40,431 nucleotides of DNA from a virus: the IMG/VR virus record IMGVR_UViG_3300045988_107224. One strand, given 5' to 3'. Shown here one piece after another: positions 33,701 through 40,431 of this stretch. The notes beneath the pieces are model-generated. The model was not told the DNA's origin, made no database searches, and worked only from the letters and a program-made list of their open reading frames with translations. Within the stretch, counting starts at the first letter, position 1. Each line of letters opens with the position of its first letter. A program made the translations under genes and the position numbers.

Positions 33701-34356
33701 CAGACGTTAAAAACGCGCAAAAAAGGCTCGATTTGGCGAAGAAAAACCAAGACAAAGCAATCAAGGAACAGCAAAAGGCACAACGGCAGCAGCAAGCAAT
33801 TAACGCAGTAGAACAAGCAGGAAACATGGTTGCAGCGAGTGCGCTAATTTGGCGGCAGTTGGGTTTTCCGTGGGCTATACCTGCAATAGCAGTAATGTGG
33901 GCAAGCTTTGCAGCATCAAAAATAAAGGCGGCACAAATTGCCAAGTCCGCAGCTACTGAAAGCTATGGCGAAGGTACTGTTGAGTTGCTTAACGGCGGAA
34001 GCCACCAAAGCGGACGCGATATTGATTTGGGTACAAAACCAGACGGAACAAAACGCAGAGCGGAGGGAGGAGAATTCTTCGCAGTGATTAACAAACGCAA
34101 TTCGCGGAGGTTTAGAAAAATAATTCCAAGTGTAATAAACTCGTTAAACGATGGCACATTTGCATCGAAATACATGGGAGCGTATGACGGTGCTAACAGC
34201 CTTAAAGTAAGCATTGCAGACAAGGGCAACAGCGAAATGCGCGAGCTAAACGACAACGTTCGGGAAATTCGCGACCTAAACCGCAGACGTGCGTACATGG
34301 ATGCCAACGGCAACATGGTAGAGGAGTATAAAAACCTTAAAAGAGTTTACAAATGA
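30742..34356 (+). CDS. tail tape measure protein
   Basis: 1204 aa with extensive coiled-coil and central and C-terminal hydrophobic segments. It is the largest gene in the tail module. Confidence 0.85.
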   Translation: MADNNPIKYSDLISPDDSITKLIAQLKELQETYAKSIANIKAEAEELRNSLKGVSGATEEGRRKTQQAATEADRLAKAQRDLQFAQSETAKELQRLNQAKAEANKLNKLTVRLNSSAEGSYNALAAQYALNKVRINGMTQEERDAAEATEGLISKTRELYERMKEMNEETGQYQLNVGNYENAIKEAVGINGELGDGLLALGRGGDDAKKAFTAMGDGAKALGKTLLGLLNNPVFLGIAGVAAVGSTFKFWYDYNAGLVEATRLTNQFTGKSGEDLKQYRNNVQALADSYGVDFQEVLVATNALAKQFGVSFEDALKLMQDGFVSGANANGEFLDSVKEYPAYLKEAGVTAEGFVAILAQTNKAGIFSDKGIDTIKEGNLRLREMTTATAAALEGIGISAEQVQKDLQSGSKTTFEVMQEISARLNELPDSASAVGTAIADIFGGPGEDAGLQYLRTLKDISVNIDEVKGKSGELGKLQEEQLKSQMELQNALSSLFDLTGGSFEDMETSVKVFVNGALVSLIKGVISLINYFAELYNNSLFFRVLWGNMVFNFKNALDEIGNVFKYLVDVVTSFGHILKGAFTLDWDEFKRGVARYANAAPNLFKNIKADISQNFKEGLTAISGKIKPIKIPAEVISGSSPSAPQRVTATPKATQANAPKSTRKSVVSKVENVEAAYKHNLEIKRKYEDELLKLETDSWKARTKKTEYNYTRQIEDLRHQLTTEKGLTANERTSINQTISALEKQQTEELLKIENERQIYLLEARKKGIELQLQAVEEGSEAERQLKLKQIETDKELALLQNVQQPREQQQSTEVIEQVYVKQAQSVNDAYLQQQLETFDKEQALKQSEFDLLKATEGEKTRYRLKAERDRLKKVLEINKQASKQLSDVEVQTMQNSIERLNSEIEASEKDERTQDIYGLFGLKLNDEQKEAIATSISYAVGALNTFMQAKVDAANKAVEASNKEVERAQTALDIEKTAAANGYAADVKNAQKRLDLAKKNQDKAIKEQQKAQRQQQAINAVEQAGNMVAASALIWRQLGFPWAIPAIAVMWASFAASKIKAAQIAKSAATESYGEGTVELLNGGSHQSGRDIDLGTKPDGTKRRAEGGEFFAVINKRNSRRFRKIIPSVINSLNDGTFASKYMGAYDGANSLKVSIADKGNSEMRELNDNVREIRDLNRRRAYMDANGNMVEEYKNLKRVYK

Positions 34357-36539
34357 AAAAAGAGCAATATCGGTGGTTTCTGCAAGCGGATGAAAACCCA
34401 AAAATCCCTTTTTCACCTATCTATGGTGACGGCATGGCGGTGGAGTGGGCGCGCGAAACAAACCAACGATTCTATCGCTGCAAACTATCTGATAAAATAA
34501 CGATATTGGGTCCTTTGTATACGCAAATCGTAAACGGGAACATAGAAACAAAATATACTGTATATGTAGAGCAGTTCGTCGGTGGTAGTTGGCTACCTCT
34601 TTGCCAAGGTCGATTTTATAAAACAAATTGCACGATTGATTACGAAGAGCGGACAATAACGGTGCAGCCCGATTACTCCGACGCGTATAACGATGTATTA
34701 GACTGCTTAGACAAAGAATTTGACGTACTATCTAAGCCAATGCCAAACAGCGAGGTGTGGATTACAAAGCGACCTATGTTGCAGCTATACGCGATGGGTG
34801 ACAACGTTGTTTCATGCTATTGCGGAGGTAGTTACTATGAGCAAGACGTGCAAGACGCAGTAAGGAGCAAAACGGACCTTGTACACAAGTACTTTTTTGC
34901 GCCTATTGCCAAGCTTGTTGAGCTGAACTTCGAGGGGCAAAACGAGATTTTAGCAGGATTAGACGGCACTTACATCGGACAAATCCAACTAAACGACGAG
35001 GAGGAGTTAGAGTACTTTGGCGAACTTGAGCGTTATCCGCCTAACAGCGTATTACTTATTGAGATGCAGCACACAGCGCTGCCGAATAATCCAGCGGAGC
35101 AAAAAAAGCCAACAATAACAATCCGTAGGAGAGGCACGGCAGAGGTATTGTACAAAGCCGTATCATACATACCGCAAGATGCCACTTCGGTTGAACTGAC
35201 GTTTATCAACGAGAAAAGCCCGAGCCAAGCAGCGATTAAAGGCACTATAATTATGCGCAATATGTTCGCGCGTTACATGGTTGACGTGGAGGAGTTGAAC
35301 GGCTTAAAAACAAACGTATTGCCACCCGATGACATAGTGCTAAATAACGCTAATTACCGCTACGCGATAGGCTACAAAATAAACATTGCTGTAATTTCAG
35401 CGCGGACGAGTGACGAGCCTACGGAGTGGGGCCTTAACTTTGCAAACAAGTATTACGCGCCACCCTATGGGCTTGATTATAGTTATTATCCTTTGGGGCG
35501 TTCAACATGGCGATGGGCATCTTGTTGGTATTACTTTCCGTTGGAGGCTGAAGGCCTTGAAGTAAAAGCGCGGAAGCAGTACGCAATGCGCGATGCTTAC
35601 GATATTTCGGTAATTATCGACAGCTTTCTAAAAGAATTCGCGCCCAACGTAACGCACGAAAACTCCATGGAGTGCAGTATGTTTTTGTATGGCGGTATTG
35701 GCGGAGTTAGCTTGTTTCTGACGCAAAAATCAAACCTTTTAAGCGGCGAATATACGCAAGCAGCGCGCAAGGCAAAAACTACGTTGGGGCAAATATTTGA
35801 TATGCTAAAAAATTGCTTTCAGTGTTATTGGTTCATCGATGGTAACAAATTAAAGATAGAGCATATAAGATACTTCAAAAATGGCGGTTCGTACTTTGGC
35901 GATATAAAAACAATAGGGAGCGACCTAACGACCGCAGAATGCGTAAAAAACGGCAAGAAATGGGCTTTTAAGCAGTCTGAAGTTACTTACGATATGGAAG
36001 CAATGCCGCAGCGTTACGAATTTTCATGGATGGACGAAGTAAGCAAGGGTTTCGAGGGTTATCCACTTGAAATTATTTCGCGATACGTTGAGGACGGCAA
36101 AGTCGAAGATATAACAATCGGCGGTTTTACTTCTGATGTCGATTTTATGCTAATGAATGCAAATGAAATTTCAAAAGAAGGCTTTGCTTTGCTTGATACG
36201 CAGATAAAAGACGGCAAGCGCGTTGTCCCTTTTGTTAAAATGACGGTAGACGGGCAGAGGTACGATATGCAGAATGGTAATTTATCATTTATGAACATAC
36301 AAAAGTCGTATTGGCTTGACGACTTGCCCGCATGGAGTATAAAGGTAAACAACGAGATAGCAGCGGCATTAGGAATTTCGCGAAATAAGGTAAGCAATGT
36401 TACAATACCTTTAAACGGAGTTGTGTTTGACCCAAAACAGCTAATTAAAACAAATGTTGGAGAGGGGGAAATAGAGAAAATTTCAATAAATTTGCAAACA
36501 AAGTTCGGCAAAGCAACATTACGATATGAAACAAAATAA
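34353..36539 (+). CDS. tail tip / distal tail protein
   Basis: 728 aa ORF with an ATGA overlap with the tape measure gene. Call is by position. Confidence 0.75.
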   Translation: MKKEQYRWFLQADENPKIPFSPIYGDGMAVEWARETNQRFYRCKLSDKITILGPLYTQIVNGNIETKYTVYVEQFVGGSWLPLCQGRFYKTNCTIDYEERTITVQPDYSDAYNDVLDCLDKEFDVLSKPMPNSEVWITKRPMLQLYAMGDNVVSCYCGGSYYEQDVQDAVRSKTDLVHKYFFAPIAKLVELNFEGQNEILAGLDGTYIGQIQLNDEEELEYFGELERYPPNSVLLIEMQHTALPNNPAEQKKPTITIRRRGTAEVLYKAVSYIPQDATSVELTFINEKSPSQAAIKGTIIMRNMFARYMVDVEELNGLKTNVLPPDDIVLNNANYRYAIGYKINIAVISARTSDEPTEWGLNFANKYYAPPYGLDYSYYPLGRSTWRWASCWYYFPLEAEGLEVKARKQYAMRDAYDISVIIDSFLKEFAPNVTHENSMECSMFLYGGIGGVSLFLTQKSNLLSGEYTQAARKAKTTLGQIFDMLKNCFQCYWFIDGNKLKIEHIRYFKNGGSYFGDIKTIGSDLTTAECVKNGKKWAFKQSEVTYDMEAMPQRYEFSWMDEVSKGFEGYPLEIISRYVEDGKVEDITIGGFTSDVDFMLMNANEISKEGFALLDTQIKDGKRVVPFVKMTVDGQRYDMQNGNLSFMNIQKSYWLDDLPAWSIKVNNEIAAALGISRNKVSNVTIPLNGVVFDPKQLIKTNVGEGEIEKISINLQTKFGKATLRYETK

Positions 36540-37407
36540 CAATTTTTCACCTTTACCATTTTATGACGATGTTAGGCTGCAAAACCATCGGCAGAGTTAT
36601 GCGTATGGGGCTATTTATCCGCTCGTGATGCCGTCAAATTTTATTATCCCGTTTCAGTTGTTGGTGGAGCGCAAGGGGAGCGAGCCGACAAAGGTTAAAG
36701 ATATAAATATAATTGACGCAACAGGCGACGAAGAAGCTGTCTATATCATTACTGATGATATAGAGCGCTCGGGGCTTGAAATTGTAGAAAACGTTAGCGA
36801 AAACGTTGACGCAGTGGTTTATAAGGGTTATTTGCCGCTGTCTTTCCCGATGGAAGTTGGCTGCTATTATATGCAGATTGACACGAATAACGGAACGTTT
36901 TATTCTGATGTTTTTTGCGTCAAAAAAGAAACTGAAAATCTCCTAAAAATTGAGTGGTGGGACGATGAAAACTTTGAAATGGACGCAGGTACAATAGTCT
37001 ACGAAAATGGGTATCGTAATAGGCTGTACTTTTGTGCCGAAATAGGTAAGCCCGAATACCAATTCGAAGAAGAAGTTGAAAAGCGTGATGGGTACGTTTT
37101 CCCAATTAAGCAAATCAGTGAAAAGACGTATAAGTTTGTTATACTTGCCCCCGAATACCTGCTCGACGCAATGCGGTTTATCCGTATGTCTGATTACGTG
37201 GTAATTACAGACAAGTTCGGCAGGGTATATCATTGCGACACATTCCTTCTCACAGCAAAGTGGCAGACGCAAGGCGACTTGGCGAGTGTAGAGATAGAAT
37301 TTGAAACGGATACGGTCGCAAAAAAGATTGGTCGTCAACTAGTTAGGAGGGTTGCAAGCGCAGGAGATTACAACAAAGACTTTAACAACGATTACAACAA
37401 TAACTAA
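36526..37407 (+). CDS. tail tip / baseplate-associated protein
   Basis: 293 aa ORF overlapping the upstream end. Call is by position. Confidence 0.7.
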   Translation: MKQNNNFSPLPFYDDVRLQNHRQSYAYGAIYPLVMPSNFIIPFQLLVERKGSEPTKVKDINIIDATGDEEAVYIITDDIERSGLEIVENVSENVDAVVYKGYLPLSFPMEVGCYYMQIDTNNGTFYSDVFCVKKETENLLKIEWWDDENFEMDAGTIVYENGYRNRLYFCAEIGKPEYQFEEEVEKRDGYVFPIKQISEKTYKFVILAPEYLLDAMRFIRMSDYVVITDKFGRVYHCDTFLLTAKWQTQGDLASVEIEFETDTVAKKIGRQLVRRVASAGDYNKDFNNDYNNN

Positions 37408-37412
37408 GGCAC

Positions 37413-39989
37413 ATGGATTACAAAAATCTTAAAGACGCGATTAAAGCCGTAATAAAGAAAAACGGCGCGCAAGAAATTACAGGTCAAATAATGCAGGATA
37501 CGTTGCTTTCTATCGTTTCTAAACTTGGTGGCAACAAGACGTTTGCAGGTGTTGCAAGCCCGACAACCGTACCCGACACGACAGACGCAAACATTTTCTA
37601 CATTGCTGGAGAAAACGGCACGTACGTAAACTTTGGCGGTGCGAAAGTGGAAAACGAAGCAGCCGTATTTGTGCAAGTCAGTGGCGGAACGTGGCGCACT
37701 ATCTACACAGGCATTCAGACGTCGCACGGAGTTAACAATCAGCTCCAACAGGAGCATGAGTATTTCGAGACAGAGATAGACAAGGTTTCGGCAGACCTCA
37801 CGCAGTTTCAGCAGACGGAGTTCTCGAATGTTAAAGAAGATGTTGAAAGACACACGACCGAAATTGCAAAAAATAAGTCTGATATTACAAAGATAAATGG
37901 CGAAATTGCGACACTCAACGAAGCTTCAAACACGGCAGCCGATGAACTCGTTCGTATTGAAGGTAAGGTAGACGCAAACCTCAAAGACGCGGTTGTTGTA
38001 TTTCTACCGTCAACGAATACAGGAGATTACAAAGGTGCTGATATTCTAAGCTTTACAAACGATACTCCAAAGAGCACGGTTACGGCTTATATGTCGCAAT
38101 ATTGGGATAAGCTTGTAAAATTAGCGAGTGGCAAGATTTCCGGAAGCGTGTACGCTGAAAGCAACAATGCAAACTGCACTGGCGGCTATTGCATTGGCGG
38201 CACTCAGTTTGGGTATTTAAAAATCGAAATTGAGGACTATCAAAAAAGCGGATTAGCATTAGCAGGCGAGGTGTTGGTGCTTAGTTTTGACAGTGGCGTG
38301 GAGCGAAAGGAAATGAAATTTTCTAAAAGCGGAAGTAATATATCTGCAAAAGTTAATACGTACAAAAATGCGAAAGGGATAGACAATTATATTGTAGATT
38401 GCAGTAAGTGTAATTTAGCTGAGGGTAATTTTTGGACGGAAAACGCAACATTATTCCCCGAATCTGTATATGACTCAATCGCAGTAGATGTTGTTGGCGT
38501 AAAAAAGATTGTAGTAAGAGCATATATTAGCGGGAACGCAAGAATTCTTTTGGTTGACAGAGGCTCCAAAGTTCTCAATACGTACAACTACTTTAATAAC
38601 AAATGTGCAGAGCGCGAGATTGACCTAACATATTATAAAAAAACAGCGTATAAGCTTTTGATTTGTAACAACTGGGTGTTATGCAGTAATTTTAAAGCGG
38701 TAATTACAGAATTCCATGAAGAATACAACAACATTATACGCAGCGCAGCGGCTGAAATCTATAATATTGACGCGGTAGCAAAAGAAAATGCAGGAGGCTA
38801 TAATATTGACGGTACGAGAAATAATAATCTACCCGGATTTTTCAAACATGTTTATGCTTGCAAAAGTGTTAAGTCGTTTTTCGTTAACTCAGTGATGGAC
38901 AGCCCAGAAGTTGCATCTATCGTCGGAATCTCCAACCCTTTAGCAGAAAGTGGGGTTGTTATTGAACGAGGAGTTGTAGGCGGAGCAAGAATCGTTAATA
39001 TACCCGAAGAATATAACTATGTAGCAATAACGTTTAAGTCGCTGGCGCAGTTCTCGATATTCGAACCGCGCGGAGATGTATACACACTCCTATCTGAACT
39101 GATGAATAATAAAGGGTCGCTTGCCTTGTTAGGCGATGGTTTATCGTCGCGTAATAATATAGCATATTATAAACTTAATAGCGGAGAAATTAAAGGTGTC
39201 GGTGAATATATTGCAGAACGCTACAAGCTTAATGTAAGTAACGAAAATTACGACTTCGCCACGCTGACAGACTGCAAAACAAAGTCAGCACCCGATTTGA
39301 ATTGCGTATTAACAGACGATGCAATCATTTCAATGAGTGACAAAAAGCCGAACTACATTCTGATTTGGTACGGAATAAACGATGTTACGTACGGTCCTAT
39401 CATGCAGCGCGAATTGTGGTTTAAAGACAAATACAAAGCAGATATTGCCTACCCAATGCAAGAAAGCGAAATTGGCAAAGATGGCTACGCAACAGCCGAA
39501 CAAAAAGCCGAAGTAGATAAAGTAGTCGGCAGAGTTGGAGAAGTTGACTACGACAACGCAGACAGCTATTTCTTTGCTAAATTCGTCGGCACTGAAAACG
39601 ATGAGGGGCTAACAACGTGGTGCGGCGCACTTAATTACGCATTCCCGTTGCTCATGTCCGAATACCCCGAAGCAAAGATTTTGATAATTTGCCCCGACCA
39701 CGAGAAACACGGAAAGCTGATACGCGAGGCAACAATCAAGATGGCAGAGAAATGGGGAGTCTTGTACTTTGATTTAAACTCTTTGCCTTATTGGTACGGC
39801 AGCGAGAAGACAAAATTCGAAAATACACAACACGAGGGAATGTCATGGTTGCTTGCATCGGGCGAAACGGCAGCGCCAACCGTTGAAGGCTTTAATAAAA
39901 GCCGTTACAACTACGATGGTATTAGACCTTCGGATTTGGGTCACAAGGTAATTTCGTTTCCTATTGGTAATAAGTTAATAAATGGATAA
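37413..39989 (+). CDS. tail fibre / spike protein with a C-terminal SGNH/GDSL-like esterase domain
   Basis: The N-terminus NGAQEITGQIMQDTLLSIVSKLG is a fibre-type motif. The C-terminal ~290 aa carry LLGDGLSS, YGINDV (GxND) and SDLGH (DxxH). Confidence 0.8.
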   Translation: MDYKNLKDAIKAVIKKNGAQEITGQIMQDTLLSIVSKLGGNKTFAGVASPTTVPDTTDANIFYIAGENGTYVNFGGAKVENEAAVFVQVSGGTWRTIYTGIQTSHGVNNQLQQEHEYFETEIDKVSADLTQFQQTEFSNVKEDVERHTTEIAKNKSDITKINGEIATLNEASNTAADELVRIEGKVDANLKDAVVVFLPSTNTGDYKGADILSFTNDTPKSTVTAYMSQYWDKLVKLASGKISGSVYAESNNANCTGGYCIGGTQFGYLKIEIEDYQKSGLALAGEVLVLSFDSGVERKEMKFSKSGSNISAKVNTYKNAKGIDNYIVDCSKCNLAEGNFWTENATLFPESVYDSIAVDVVGVKKIVVRAYISGNARILLVDRGSKVLNTYNYFNNKCAEREIDLTYYKKTAYKLLICNNWVLCSNFKAVITEFHEEYNNIIRSAAAEIYNIDAVAKENAGGYNIDGTRNNNLPGFFKHVYACKSVKSFFVNSVMDSPEVASIVGISNPLAESGVVIERGVVGGARIVNIPEEYNYVAITFKSLAQFSIFEPRGDVYTLLSELMNNKGSLALLGDGLSSRNNIAYYKLNSGEIKGVGEYIAERYKLNVSNENYDFATLTDCKTKSAPDLNCVLTDDAIISMSDKKPNYILIWYGINDVTYGPIMQRELWFKDKYKADIAYPMQESEIGKDGYATAEQKAEVDKVVGRVGEVDYDNADSYFFAKFVGTENDEGLTTWCGALNYAFPLLMSEYPEAKILIICPDHEKHGKLIREATIKMAEKWGVLYFDLNSLPYWYGSEKTKFENTQHEGMSWLLASGETAAPTVEGFNKSRYNYDGIRPSDLGHKVISFPIGNKLING

Positions 39990-40431
39990 ATTCAACATAG
40001 AACAGATACGCATTATTGCGGTAACTATGATTACAACGGTATTAGGTTACATATCCCCAACAAATGGGTATGTGATTAGCCTAATTATAATGTTTGCGCT
40101 AAACATATTCGCAGGCATGAGGGCGGACGGAGTTTCGATTGTTAAATGCAAAAACTTTTCGTTTCGAAAATTCAAAAATTCGCTCGTTGAGTTTCTTTTG
40201 TACTTGCTAATCATCGAAACAATTTTCGCCGTCATGCACTCGTGCGGAGATGGTGCCGCAGCACTAATAGCCGTAAAGTCGGTAACGTATGTGTTTGTGT
40301 ACGTGTACGCTCAGAACGCGCTAAAAAACCTTATCTACGCTTACCCCGATATAATTGCCTTGCGCATATTGTATCATGCTGTAAGATTTGAGTTTAAGCG
40401 AGCTTTGCCCTCACATATCAAGCCGATAGTC
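39982..40431 (+). CDS. holin-like multi-pass membrane protein, 5' part (continues at 2..109; 167 aa in total)
   Basis: The ATG at 39982 overlaps the fibre stop (AATGGATAA). The frame is open to the window end. It has about 4 hydrophobic segments and sits immediately upstream of the endolysin on the circular map. Confidence 0.6.
   Translation, partial: MDKFNIEQIRIIAVTMITTVLGYISPTNGYVISLIIMFALNIFAGMRADGVSIVKCKNFSFRKFKNSLVEFLLYLLIIETIFAVMHSCGDGAAALIAVKSVTYVFVYVYAQNALKNLIYAYPDIIALRILYHAVRFEFKRALPSHIKPIV
40377..40431. repeat. terminal direct repeat, right copy (identical to 1-55)
   Basis: 55/55 identity. The length is typical of a k-mer overlap in a circular assembly. Confidence 0.95.

Noticed and set aside
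1-40431. Stop-codon reassignment (TAG or TGA recoding), as seen in some gut Bacteroidota phages.
   Set aside because: All large late genes (TerL, portal, capsid, tape measure, fibres) are intact long ORFs under the standard code, and the intergenic gaps are small.
1-40431. A diversity-generating retroelement, retron, toxin-antitoxin pair or a known defence/anti-defence operon.
   Set aside because: No reverse-transcriptase motifs (YxDD), no template/variable repeat pair and no recognisable toxin domains were seen while reading the proteins. A profile search could still reveal remote homologues among the many hypothetical early proteins.

Overview
The window is a complete, circularly closed tailed dsDNA phage genome. 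Bases 1-55 recur exactly at 40377-40431, so the unique length is 40,376 bp. Every credible gene is on the + strand; the minus-strand ORFs in the track look like antisense shadows. A Bacteroidota host is inferred from about 15 promoter-like sites of the Bacteroides type (TTTG, 19-20 nt spacer, TAnnTTTG) followed by A-rich leaders with no Shine-Dalgarno sequence.

Gene order across the junction:
- tail fibre, then a holin-like gene that wraps the junction and is missing from the ORF track, then the amidase endolysin
- two further fibre-like proteins and a membrane-anchored coiled-coil protein
- an early region of small genes, including an XRE HTH regulator, a PD-(D/E)XK nuclease and a Bro-N/KilAC antirepressor
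- a replication and recombination region: wHTH proteins, a putative initiator with an internal origin, a RuvC-like resolvase, SSB, ASCH and MazG
- a late operon from about 18.8 kb: ParB-like protein, TerS, TerL, portal, scaffold, capsid, tape measure, tail proteins, and a fibre with an SGNH-like domain

No integrase, reverse transcriptase, CRISPR array, tRNA, DNA polymerase, helicase or primase was recognised. The standard genetic code fits.

The most unusual content is non-coding:
1. Ten ORF-free promoter / 50-150 nt / intrinsic-terminator mini-cassettes. Three lie between holin and endolysin and five lie in tandem upstream of the replication genes. Three of those five share a conserved hairpin with a GUGAUGAU loop.
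2. An attenuator-like structured leader in front of the antirepressor gene.
3. A ~155 bp iteron / AT-rich / palindrome module present twice, once inside the putative initiator gene and once in a 510 bp gene-free region.

A G8 tract also sits in one of three proteins that share a fibre-type N-terminus. All functional interpretations are inference from sequence reading only.
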